Positions 12,065-24,226 of a DNA stretch of 64,000 nt are shown here, piece after piece. Position 1 is the stretch's first letter. Every line of letters begins with the position of its first letter. The notes under the pieces were generated by a model. That model made no database searches. It worked only from the letters and a program-made list of their open reading frames with translations, and was not told the origin of the DNA. The DNA comes from Petromyzon marinus (lineage: Eukaryota): positions 9,311,097 through 9,375,096 of the forward strand of contig NC_133691.1 of assembly GCF_048934315.1 (NCBI RefSeq). Reading direction: 5' to 3'. Made by a program: the position numbers and the translations under genes.

Positions 12065-12097
12065 GCAATGGTGCTGGAGCCAACGGGGCGAAACCTT
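12065..12097 (+). CDS. Exon 7 of Gly-rich gene (33 nt, phase 1-1): GNGAGANGAKP
   Basis: Acceptor gatttcgttgcag|, donor |gtaagcg. Confidence 0.55.
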
Positions 12098-13001
12098 GTA
12101 AGCGCTCCGCTTCGAACCAACCGCGAACACGGCAATGAGCACTCACAGTCATCGTACACGTGCTTATGTGCTTCTCTAACACGGCACTTTGTACACTTTA
12201 ACATACATGAGCTCCATAGTTGGTATGCATATATTGTTGACTTCGGGTATCTACGCGTTAAGTATACCTAATTAAGGACACACGTAAGCAGCATTTGTGT
12301 GTAGAAATTTAGTTTCAGAAATTCAAAGGGTACTTTGAGGTGCCCTGAAACTACTAGCACTCAGCACCCTGAGACCTCCATGAAGCCACCTCAATTTCGA
12401 TGATTTAATACCACACCCAGAATAAACTATTATGCTCACACAGTTAACCATACTGAACACAAACTTAAAAAAATGTAAACCTGTGTTAAACGCAGCAACG
12501 CTCAGGTGTACATGGAGGGTCTTGGTGGTTCTGTGTGAGTGCGTTACCATTGAGGTACAGCCGTTTGATTCTGTTCCATATTAGCAGAGGCTAGTAGATT
12601 GGCCATGGATGATGATGATAATTTACAGTCATTGTTGACCCAGCGAAGCTTCTTTCAGCGTCGTAACTAATTTTGTGTTTTTAGAATGATCTCGCTTGGG
12701 ACGTTTCCACAATCTACTTGTATCTCTGCGTGTGTGAGCAAACCAGAGAAGCCCCGTGTATGTGATGAACGACTACTCAGACTCCGCTCACATAGGTCAA
12801 CAAGTCCTTTGCAAAGCCACCAGGGAAAAACGTCTGGCCAAGATAAACAAACATCTTCGAATAGTCACTAAATGTGTCTTGCAACATATTTCCTTTGTAG
12901 ATTTTTGTCTGCATGTCTGTCTTTTAATCATGCTACCTGACACTTTGACCACACCCTCAGGCTATCTTCTCTGTTCCTCAAACCGTTTAACTTTTTGGCA
13001 G

Positions 13002-13646
13002 ATGGAGGACCTCAGTCGACGCCGGCAGCAGCAGTCCTGGGAGGAGGCTCAAGAGCAGTGCCGGGAGATTACTTCGGAGCTAAGGCTGGGAGTCGCCCGG
13101 CAATCGCCGGAGGGGCAGGGGCAGGGCCCGGTCAGGGCAAAGGCCAAGGCTTGAGTTCTCCTGTCGGTGCAGGTCCAGGGATAGGGGCAGGCCCAGGGGC
13201 AGGCCCAGGGGCAGGCCCAGGGGCAGGCCTAGGGGCAGGCCCAGGGGCAGACGCGGGCGTGAAGGCAGCTAAAACATCCTATGGTGGTGGCAATGGATAC
13301 GGCAATGGACAAGGAAATGGCCACAACAACGGATATGATAATGGAGATGCAGAGGAATATTCCAATGCTCAGGCTATTATTCAGGTTAATGGATATGCAA
13401 ACGGTTACAAAAATGGAGAAAAAGGACACACAAATGGGAATGCTAATGGGAATGGAAATGGAGCTGGATATTCGAATGGCCAAGCAAATGGACATAACAA
13501 CGGCCACGCCAATGGGAATGGGAATGGTTATGGGGCGGGACCTGCTGAGGCAGGTTACGGGCCAGAGGCTAGTGTCGGTGCCAAGCCAGCCCTCGGTGCC
13601 GGCCACGGCTTGGGTTATGGGCCTGGTGGGGCTGGTTACGGAAAGA
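13002..13646 (+). CDS. Exon 8 of Gly-rich gene (645 nt, phase 1-1): GAGPGAGPGAG repeats then Asn/Gly/His/Tyr-rich block (NGYGNGQGNGHNNGYDNG...NGNANGNGNGAGYSNGQANGHNNGHANGNGNGYGAG), ends ...GAGYGK
   Basis: Acceptor aactttttggcag| puts it in the same phase-1 frame as exons 1-7 (track ORF 12995-13666 is in this frame). Donor aaaga|gtaagc again in phase 1. The alternative is read-through to the stop at 13664. The 3' end of the gene is unresolved. Confidence 0.6.
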
Positions 13647-14202
13647 GTAAGCAGTACAAGGGCTAGTGGACACGGCATGACAGATTCGCATATTTCACGT
13701 GTAACAATATTCGCATAATCACATTGAGCAGAAGTGTAGTCTGAACGGTTTCACTGCGAAAGATAAACACACACACAGTGACACATCAACTGCATTTTGA
13801 ACAGTGCTGCGGTGTTTAAATTAAGGTAAATATAACTTGGCATTGCTTGATCGTTTATTTCAGCCATGAATGCTCCTGGGTAAATTCCCAGAAGCATTCT
13901 TGCCACAAGCCAATGAGCAATTGTACGCATTTAAAACAAAATGATACTTTATTTGATACTTGAAGGCAGTCTTCAATCCCAGCAGCATGTGCACAACAAA
14001 CCCTTTAGATGTGTAGTGTTCTCCATCGATAAAACCCCATGCACGTCTTCTCACGCAAATGACAGAGTCAGTAGCACAGCACTATCCTGCAGATTTATAT
14101 TTTTAGATATTTTCAGTTTAATATCTATACATAACAAAAGCCTGAAATCAAACAAATTATTTGATTTTTCGAGAACATGAAAAGTAATTAGACAATAATG
14201 CA

Positions 14203-14533
14203 CCTTATGGCGGTACCTCGGGGTCCCGAATAAATGGAAGTCAAATCGTAATGAATTAATTTATTTTCGGCGACTCCGTCCCCACCGCGCACATAAACGC
14301 CGCGACCCGCCTGGCGCGGATCGTTCTGTTGTCGTGTCGTGTCGTCCAAGCACAGCAGCGAGGACGAATGCGCAGAAGAAACAAAAAATTGAAACTTTGA
14401 TTGGCGCATCGCGTAGAGCTCGTCAAGAGGAACAGATCGCCGTATCGTTCGCCTTCAACAGACATTAAATGACATCGCAACGCAGTTTATGTGAGTGCCG
14501 GGGGCTGATGGGACTCCGGGGTCCTGCCATAAG
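14203..14533. mobile_element. Short non-autonomous element bounded by ~26-bp terminal inverted repeats (ccttatggcggtacctcggggtcccg ... gggactccggggtcctgccataagg)
   Basis: Inverted repeat read directly. Interior is GC-rich and non-coding. Confidence 0.5.
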
Positions 14534-16384
14534 GTTCATATTTTGGTAAATTTGTATTCTTTTTTTTATTTATATGCTTTAATTACCATAGTCTCTACGA
14601 CATAGTATGGGCCTATCGTGTTCAGCTCGAATGGCTTCGGGTAGATAATGCAATCAGGATTGTTAAAATTAGCACCCAGATTGTGCCAACCCGTTTTATT
14701 TTTATGGACCGGTTACAGGCCCTGCGTTACAACTCCTACAAATCCCTCGTGTCTTGACAGTCGGGAATGTTGCTAGGCTCACAAGTCTCTCGTCATGTTT
14801 TGACAACACTTTAGTTCAACAAACTCGTCACATTAATGTGCATAACGCTGCAACAGAAGATTAAATCACAATTTGCAAAGCGACAACGGTAATGCGTACA
14901 ACGCAAACGTTCATTGCCGCTGGAGAATCCATCCTGGCCCAGATCACCGCAACCGATTACACTTCTGAAGATCTTGCGCTAGAACTCTCCTCATAATCCC
15001 AGGTGCTGTGTGGGAGCAACCATTGTGAAAGCTGCCGTTTGGCGCTGTGTACAGCGTCGTGGCTTTGTGTCCGTCTGTGTAGTTTTAAAATTCTACAAAC
15101 AGTGAGGATTGGCGCTTTGCTTTACCTACCCCTTCAGTTACGTCCTTCAGTGTAAGTATCAGTGCCATGCAAACTGATGGCTTACAGCGAAGTGATGCAC
15201 ACCTCTCCAGCTGAGTTTATTTCTTGCGTCACGAGTGTTGTCGGAAACGTTGTGGGTGTATGTCTTGAACACTATCTCGATGTTACACACACACATGCGT
15301 TAAGTCAAGCAAACTATTGTGCGAGTCTCTCATGAAGGTAGTTCGGCTTTCAATGCTGAAAGGTGCTATGTTACACAAAACGTGTGATCGTGTATGATGC
15401 AAACATTTTTAAAATTCAAATTTATTAAACGTGTGATTTTTTTTTAATGAACGCATGTCGATGACATTTAGAATTGTACATACTGAATGAAATGGTATTC
15501 ACATTAATGAAAGCAACACTTCGTTCATGAGAGATGCAATTCATTTGGGGGTGCGTTCGGTGCAAGGCTTGTGTCCCGTGCTCGAGGGACAGACTTGGAG
15601 CAGTGTGAGATTCATCCGGCAAAAAACCGGGCCCTGCTCGTTTTTGGTGCTTTTACTCCACAGAATGTTATATGCCCTCGTTCAAAAAGACGAGCAACGT
15701 TTACTGCTCACGACCGTGTCCGGTGGTTCCCCCTCCCCGCTCCCTGGTGTTGTCTCTAGAGGAAACATACAGCGAGACGAATGCAGATTTAAAAAAAATA
15801 TATATATACATTTCGCCAGTTCTGGTGTTTGCCAGTGACTCCTCTGCTAAAGCAGTGAATCATGACCCACACGCGCGTGTGTCCCTCCTCTCACGTGAAG
15901 TGCAGTGACTTGAGATCTAGCGATGTGTAACATCTCTAAGTAAAAGTGTTTGTTTCCAACAACGTTTTCAAGAGTTTTACTTGTCTCCTGGTACAGTGTT
16001 TACACGATGACTTGGCCACTGTTATATTTTCAAAGCTTCCCTGTATGATTATTATTATTACCCCAATAAAGTAAACGCATGAGCACACCAAACAATATTC
16101 GTTTAGTCAAGCAGACAATCGCGTTTCATTAAAATGTGAAAATATCCGGCCGTGAAACTTACAGCAAATCACCGTTTGTTAAATCATCATCCCAAAGCAC
16201 TCTTATCCTCATGCTACATGAACATGCGTTGTGCTTGTGACAAAACTGGTGTAGCTCTTCAAGTCGTTTTTACAACCCTTTTCGAATCGCATAATTAACC
16301 GAAAAAAGAACCTGAGATTCCTGAGCTATGTGAATGTTTAACGTAGGGAACTGCGTAATGAATCATGGTTATCCCTTGCCGCGC

Positions 16385-17455
16385 AAAACGTAAATCGTTC
16401 GAGATCATTGGGGACAATAACGACAAATGTAGAGGCCAACCAACTTCGGGAACAAACCGGTTTTAGGAAAGGTTTCTCTACCATTGATAACTTGCAGACT
16501 ATATTCAACAGATTCTGGAAAAACCCAATGCATGTCGATATCATTGCGACGTGCCTCTGTAGACTAGGAAGAAGCATTCAAGCTCTCAAAACCCAGTGCC
16601 TGAATACGTAATATCTATTTTTAAATACTAATAAAAAACATGTAAAAACAGAACCACACTGATATTACATAGAGAAAGTACCAACATACACAAAGTCAAT
16701 GCTCTCGCCAAGTTGTTTACAGTGACGTTTGATTTCTTTCATGACAATGAGTTCGGGGAAACAAATGCATGGATATCAATGCGCAATAACAACCGTGTCA
16801 GATTTTTATGCTGATGTGACAATGATCATAACGTCAAATAATAAATGAGCTGCTGGAAATGTAAGCGTGTGTGACCGTTCGAGATTTGTGCTTGTTGTGA
16901 ATGGGTGAGTTTGATGCAAAGCTATCACTCCAATCATGAAGAAGGACCCTCTTGAGGAGCCTTTCAAAACCATCACTTTACCCTACATTGCGGGGATCAC
17001 ATAAAAAGATCTCCAAAATCTTAAATAAACACAAGATCCAGGTCCGATTCAACATATTACATAAAATCCGTGATCTGGTTCCGTCTGTAAAAGATGTGAT
17101 TCCGGACATACAGTACCCTGGCGTCTACAAACAAAGTTGCCTCTGTGGTAGTAGTTAAATTGGAGAAACCAAACGACATGTCTCGGACCGCATTCGTGAA
17201 CACAAAGCAGACCTTAAACACGGTAGGACCAACACCTCGGCCGTGACAGATCACTGTTATAATTCAGTAGGCTCACATGACATTGACTTCTCCAAGACAG
17301 AGGTTCTCTGCAAGCCATCTGGCTACCATGAGAGATTCGTTCATGAGGCTATCCACATATACAAACACAGAGACAATTTCAACCGAGAAGATGGATTCTG
17401 GCTTAGCAATCATTGGAAGGATTTGATAAACCATTTCGGGTTTTAATTGATTGTT
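16385..17455 (+). mobile_element. Penelope-like retroelement fragment: RT remnant (…EQTGFRKGFSTIDNLQTI…) followed by GIY-YIG endonuclease domain (…GVYKQSCLCGSS…IGETKRHVSDRIREHKADLKHG…SAVTDHC…HERFVHEAIHI…), frameshifted
   Basis: Track ORFs 16408-16611, 16952-17158 and 17243-17446 (+) carry the RT QxGFRxGxSTxD motif and the GIY-YIG signature (GVYxxxCxCG…IGET…R…EH). The RT then C-terminal endonuclease order is typical of Penelope-like elements. Confidence 0.6.
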
Positions 17456-17649
17456 TACGCTTACAGTGGCTTTCAGACCACATCCATTATTTTCGTCTCT
17501 CCCTCCTCTTTTCCGAACATAGATGGACTCGTCCATCTGAATAACTGCCAAATCGCTCTCCGTGGTGCTAACGTTTAAAAAAACCGCCACTTTTTTCAAA
17601 TTGTCTTGCTGTGGTTTTCACACCTGATGATGATTGCTTGTGTTGAAGT

Positions 17650-17775
17650 CAAAACGTCGTGAGAATTTTATTGTTTTATATTTTTATTATTGTATTGTTT
17701 CCCTTCTACGTGACTTTACCGAAAGAACCAAGAATATGAATCCCTGCAGTCACGAAAGCTTTAAATCAAAATTTA
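17650..17775. mobile_element. Foldback MITE family, half copy (right arm)
   Basis: aaaacgtcgtgagaatttt...cccttctacgtgactttaccgaaagaaccaagaatatgaatccctgcagtcacgaaagctttaaatcaaaattt. Confidence 0.7.
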
Positions 17776-19077
17776 AGACTGCAAGAGTTTCGCCAAGTGT
17801 GTGCTTGTGACTAGAGTTTGGTGTGTGTGAGTGTAAGGGGTAGTCGGGTGGTGTTGTGGTCACGATGTAGGATGTACAAGCACCGTGCCTGTATGATAGG
17901 GCCATGCACGACAGGAAACAAAGCTCGTGGTAATAGCAGCTTGAGGCCTGTGGTAAAGAATATCACAGACCTGAGTGCAATATCCCACGCCTCATAATAT
18001 CCATAATAGAGGTCTTTGGGTTAGATCGCGTAAATATAAATGTGTCGTTAAATCCGCCGCCACCCGACATAGCCAATTAGTAAGGTTTGTCAGGGAAACA
18101 AAACATGCCAATTAGTTGCGAGTACAGGACACCGGTGTGTTGGAGAGTAAACCCGCAACATTTACCATTCGAGTACGACATTTCGCCAGTTAATATCAAC
18201 TAGCATTATCAGGCGACAGCCAGAGTCGTGGAAAAATCCTCCTGTTTCGTTCCTTAAATAGAGGAGATAAATGCGATCTCGTCACTTGTGAGCCAATCAA
18301 ATGCGGTGGACAGAGAGGGGGGCGGGGTGTAATGTATGCATACAAATTACAATGGATATTACAATGGATACCCATTCACATTTGCATGATGGTTGTGGTC
18401 GCGAAAAGCCATTCCACCCTGGCGTGTGCCTTTTGAACACAGTGCCAAATGCCTTCTCATCACTTGCTCCCTTGGGCAATGTCAATAGAGTCAATGAGAG
18501 ACTTGATACTCCTCGACTATTATAATAAATGTTATGAACCCTGTCTCACCTTCGTGTAGACAGTAATCTCTAGGAGCACCCGTTCTAAACCTTGTGGCGA
18601 GGCCTTGGCAATGCATTGGTGTAGTCTGAATTCAGAAGAGCAATCGGCGAGCAATTAGCACAGCTTTTTAGACAGATTATTTGGTGCAAAAATTCAGAGG
18701 TGGGGGACAGATGGTCAATGTTAAACAAAATTCAAAGTTATTTTTTGTTCGTTCATATGATTATTTGGGGGCGGTGCATATCTGTTCACAGCCCTGAGTC
18801 AGTGGCGAAAATTCCACATTGTTATGGCAGATGTAATTCTACACTAAACCCTAAGCCTGCGTGCCCAGCCAACGGACACCCAAGCAGCTTCTGTGTGGCC
18901 GTATATAGGGGGCTAAACGTGCACGACACGGGCTGGAGAGGAGATGAAGCTGATGCGGTTACATGAAGATGTCGAGGAGCCGAGTGAACTTGTCCATTAC
19001 CGATACCAGCGGTGTTAAGACAGACCCTTACGGAGGAGGCTCGTGTAGGACCACTACAGGAAAATTTGGAGCCAGTA

Positions 19078-19150
19078 GGGCTTCCCCTACTGCAACAAAA
19101 ACCTGGCAGGACCCTCCTGAAAATGAGCCTTGAGACTCGGGGAGGTAGAA
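19078..19150 (+). mobile_element. SINE family B tail fragment
   Basis: ctgcaacaaaaacctggcaggaccctcctgaaaatgagccttgagactcgg matches the family tail. Confidence 0.5.
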
Positions 19151-19794
19151 ATAATACTGTATTGATTACCGTTTCGAGTTTTGTCTCGAAATAGGAGCCG
19201 GGCTTAAAGAGGGAACTTGTATCGCTGGCGTTGAACCCACAGCGGCATTGGGCGCTGTGATCAGACTGGTTTAATTGCTGTTATTGTAATAACGATTACA
19301 TACCGTGTCAACCCATACGATTTACCCCGTGATCTTGTACATGGAAATAGAACGTTCAGCTCTATACGGCATGCAGCCGCCGTTTCAATACGGGCAAAAC
19401 ATTGTTTGGTCTGTTTGTTTGTGTTTCTCCCTTGTGATGATGGGACTGACATGGGACCATCATGATGTATGTTAACAGCTTCAGAAAGTCTCAACTTGTT
19501 CGCCATCATTGTCAACGCATGCCTGGAATCTTCTCCAGGTGGTCCCCAGAGCCCGGAGGCACAACATTGCTTGTGGAATTGTTGCAATTTTTCAGAAGCG
19601 TTAAAAACATTTTTTTTATTTTGAAGCACACAGCATAACCACGTGAATTCCCACCGCCGAGTGTAGGAATCGATAGAGGCGATTCTCGGCGCGTAATTTT
19701 TCGCGCGCGGAATCGATCCGCAAGGCGCCGCGAGCGCTCCGCGGCCTGGCCCGGGTCAACATCGCGGAGACGGCGCTAGGCGAGGCGCTGGATC

Positions 19795-20640
19795 CGTGGC
19801 GTTAGTTCGTAGCGGAGCGTTAGTTCGTAGCGATAGTGAGGGTGTTAGTGGGGGTGTTAGTTCGTAGCGGTAGTGGGGGCGTTAGTTCGTAGTGATAGTG
19901 GGGGCGTTAGTTCGTAGTGATAGTGGGGGCGTTAGTTCGTAGCGTTAGTTCGTAGTGATAGTGAGGGTGTTAGTGGGGGTGTTAGTTCGTAGCGGTAGTG
20001 GGGGCGTTAGTTCGTAGTGATAGTGGGGGCGTTAGTTCGTAGTGATAGTGGGGGCGTTAGTTCGTAGCGTTAGTTCGTAGTGATAGTGGGGGCGTTAGTT
20101 CGTAGTGATAGTGAGGGCGTTAGTTCGTAGTGATAGTGGGGGCGTTAGTTCGTAGTGATAGTGGGGGCGTTAGTTCGTAGTGATAGTGAGGGTGTTAGTT
20201 CGTAGTGATAGTGGGGGCGTTAGTTCGTAGCGATAGTGAGGGCGTTAGTTCGTAGTGATAGTGAGGGCGTTAGTTCGTAGTAATAGTGGGGGCGTTAGTT
20301 CGTAGTGATAGTGAGGGGGTTAGTTCGTAGTGATAGTGGGGGCGTTAGTTCGTAGTGATAGTGGGGGCGTTAGTTCGTAGTGATAGTGGGGGCGTTAGTT
20401 CGTAGTGATAGTGAGGGGGTTAGTTCGTAGTGATAGTGGGGGCGTTAGTTCGTAGTGATAGTGGGGGCGTTAGTTCGTAGTGATAGTGGGGGCGTTAGTT
20501 CATAGCGTTAGTGAGGGCGTTAGTTCGTAGTGATAGTGGGGGCTTTAGTTCGTAGCCTTAGTGGGGGCGTTAGTTCGTAGTGATAGTGGGGGTGTTAGTT
20601 CGTAGCGATAGTGGGGGCGTTAGTTCGTAGCCGCTAGTCT
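19795..20640. repeat. Satellite, 25-bp unit GCGTTAGTTCGTAGTGATAGTGGGG(G), ~33 copies, preceded by a CpG-rich block (19680-19795)
   Basis: Direct reading. Confidence 0.9.
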
Positions 20641-20699
20641 CGGCGCTTCGTGTTCAGGAGAAACCCGCGGCCCGGCGGACGAAGCGACTCGAGGTGCAG

Positions 20700-23130
20700 C
20701 CCGGCGAAAGCCGTAATCACCCTACATACACACACCCTAATCACCCTACAAACACACACCCTGCTCACCCTACATACACACACCCTACTCACCCTACATA
20801 CACACACCCTACTCACCTTACATACACACACCCTACTCACCCTACATACACACACCCTGCTCACCCTACATACACACACCCTGCTCACCCTACATACACA
20901 CACCCTCCTCACCCTACATACACACACCCTACTCACCCTACATACACACACCCTACTCACCTTGCATACACACACCCTACTCACCCTACATACACACCCT
21001 ACTCACCCTACATACACACACCCTACTCACCCTACATACACACACCCTACTCACCCTACATATACACACACCCTGCTCACCCTACATACACCCTGCTCAC
21101 CCTACATACACACACCCTACTCACCCTACATACACACACCCTACTCACCCTACATACACACACCCTGCTCACCCTACATACACACACCCTAATCACCCTA
21201 CATACACACACCCTGCTCACCCTACATACACACACCCTACTCACCCTACATACACACACCCTACTCACCTTACATACACACACCCTACTCACCCTACATA
21301 CACACACCCTGCTCACCCTACATACACACACCCTGCTCACCCTACATACACACACCCTCCTCACCCTACATACACCCTACTCACCCTACATACACACACC
21401 CTACTCACCTTGCATACACACACTCTACTCACCCTACATACACACCCTACTCACCCTACATACACACACCCTACTCACCCTACATACACACACCCTACTC
21501 ACCCTACATATACACACACCCTGCTCACCCTACATACACCCTGCTCACCCTACATACACACACCCTACTCACCCTACATACACACACCCTACTCACCCTA
21601 CATACACACACCCTGCTCACCCTACATACACACACCCTGCTCACCCTACATACACACACCCTGCTCACCCTACATACACACACCCTGCTCACCCTACATA
21701 CACACACCCTACTCACCCTACATACACACACCCTACTCACCCTACATACACACACCCTGCTCACCCTACATACACACACCCTGCTCACCCTACATACACA
21801 CACCCTGCTCACCCTACATACACACACCCTGCTCACCCTACATACACACACCCTGCTCACCCTACATACACACCCTGCTCACCCTACATACACACACCCT
21901 ACTCACCCTACATACACACACCCTGCTCACCCTACATACACACACCCTGCTCACCCTACATACACACACCCTGCTCACCCTACATATACACACCCTACTC
22001 ACCCTACATACACACACCCTACTCACCCTACATACACACACCCTACTCACCCTACATACACACACCCTGCTCACCCTACATACACACACCCTGCTCACCC
22101 AACATACACCGTACTCACCCTACATACACACACCTTGCTCACCCTACATACACACACCCTGCTCACCCTACATACACACACCCTGCTCACCCTACATACA
22201 CACACCCTGCTCACCCTACATACACACACCCTACTCACCCTACATACACACACCCTACTCACCCTACATACACACACCCTGCTCACCCTACATACACACA
22301 CCCTACTCACCCTACATACACACACCCTGCTCACCCTACATACACACACCCTTCTCATCCTACATACACACACCCTGCTCACCCAACATACACCGTACTC
22401 ACCCTACATACACACACCCTGCTCACCCTACATACACACACCCTGCTCACCCTACATACACACACCCTGCTCACCCTACATACACATACCCTGCTCACCC
22501 TACATACACACACCCTGCTCACCCTACACACACCCTACTCACCCTACATACACACACCCTGCTCACCCTACATACACACACCCTGCTCACCCTACATACA
22601 CACACCCTGCTCACCCTACATACACACCCTGCTCACCCTACATACACACACCGTACTCACCCTACATACACACACCCTGCTAACCCTACATACACACACC
22701 CTGCTCACCCTACATACACACACCCTGCTCACTCTACATACACATACCCTGCTCACCCTACATACACACACCCTGCTCACCCTACACACACCCTACTCAC
22801 CCTACATACACACACACCTGCTCACCCTACATACACACACCCTGCTCACCCTACATACACACACCCTGCTCACCCTACATACACACACCCTACTCACCCT
22901 ACATACACACACCCTACTCACCCTACATACACACACCCTGCTCACCCTACATACACACACTCTGCTCACCCTACATACACACACCCTGCTCACCCTACAT
23001 ACACACACCCTGCTCACCCTACATACACACACCCTGCTCACCCTACATACACATACCCTGCTCACCCTACATACACACACCCTGCTCACCCTACATACAC
23101 ATACCCTGCTCACCTTAAACCATAGCCAAA
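20700..23130. repeat. Satellite, 24-bp unit CACCCT(A/G)CTCACCCTACATACACA, ~100 copies (2.4 kb); strong strand asymmetry (C-rich / G-rich)
   Basis: Direct reading. The long track ORFs on both strands here are repeat-translation artefacts. Confidence 0.9.
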
Positions 23131-24108
23131 ACCACTGACCTTAAACGCTGTACTTTGTAGGCCTGATTTGTTCTCCATGGTCTGTTTTTGGTACGCTGGC
23201 GCACAGGTGAATAGTGGCTTTTCATATCAAACCAAACCATAATACAATTCCAGAGTTTACTGTGATTGAACCATTGCTGCCAAGATGCACTCACAAGCCA
23301 TGTGGGCTGGCTGATGGTTTGTTTGTTTACACGAGGTGCAGCGAGCGCACATGGCTTGCGAGTGCATCTTTTCGTGCAAACAAACCATCAGCCATATGTG
23401 GAAACTAGTTGCAGGCGATTTAAGTATACTCTCAACTCTAGGTACAGTGGGTCAGAGGTCACATGTTTGATCAACTATACCTGATGTGCTGTTTTAAATC
23501 ATATTTGAAAGGTTACGTGACAAGAGTGCTGAAATTTGGTTTGGCCGTTCGTCAAGACTACAATTGCACAAAATGTCATCAAATTAATTGGAGTTCGGTA
23601 AGAGCAGTGTTGATTTATTCTCGTATGGCCTGGATCCCAGCAGCATGGAGGCCACTGCGTTGCCAGATTACTGCTCTGTTGCTTATGTATGTATGTATGT
23701 TGAACTTCTTTCGCACCGTACATAGCCAACCGTGCTCATCGGAGGTGCTTAGAAAATATAATTTTTAGCAAACTACAATGACCCGATTTACTAGTTCCAC
23801 AAACGTCTGATTAAAAAAAGTATAAATACTATATATGTATGTAAGATATTCTCAATGTGAAAATTCTAATATGCTATTTTTAGGAGGCTAATTAAAACTT
23901 TTAATTTGAAATGGAATGTTTTTATTGTTATTCCGCCCTTTAAGAGTAAAACAAATGGAATGTATAATATCCATCTTATTTTGCATTACAACTTTTTAAA
24001 AAATCCACATTGAGAACCTTAAGTAATAAATGTGTTGGGAATGTTCATTCCTTCCGCTCTTTGATGTGTTCACCATCCCCGGTGTTATGTGCAGGTAACG
24101 TCAGTATC

Positions 24109-24226
24109 ATGGAGACTGCGGTTGAGACCGTAGCGAGCGAACTGTCGTGCATGAACACTGGACATGACGATGGTGAACAGGCTCAACAACCCCAAGAAAA
24201 CGTCGGCGAGGGTGAAAAAGCAGCGG
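24109..24226 (+). CDS. PAGR1: PAGR1 (PAXIP1-associated glutamate-rich protein 1) exon 1: METAVETVASELSCMNTGHDDGEQAQQPQENVGEGEKAA(G), phase 1 out
   Basis: ATG, acidic N-terminus as in PA1, donor gcgg|gtgagt. The upstream frame is open, so the true start could lie in an unseen 5' exon. Confidence 0.6.

Noticed and set aside
13860-13880. Tiny candidate terminal exon (acceptor tttatttcag, then CCATGAATGCTCCTGGGTAA giving ...TMNAPG*) for the Gly-rich gene
   Set aside because: The phase would fit, but there is no nearby polyA signal and the peptide is uninformative. It is too weak to annotate, so the 3' end of the gene is left open.
20634-23138. Very long ORFs (up to 814 aa, HTHTLLTL/PTYTHP repeats; SRVCVCRV repeats on minus) across the 24-bp satellite
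   Set aside because: These are pure repeat-translation artefacts of a stop-free 24-bp unit. They lack start context, splice sites and any protein-like complexity.
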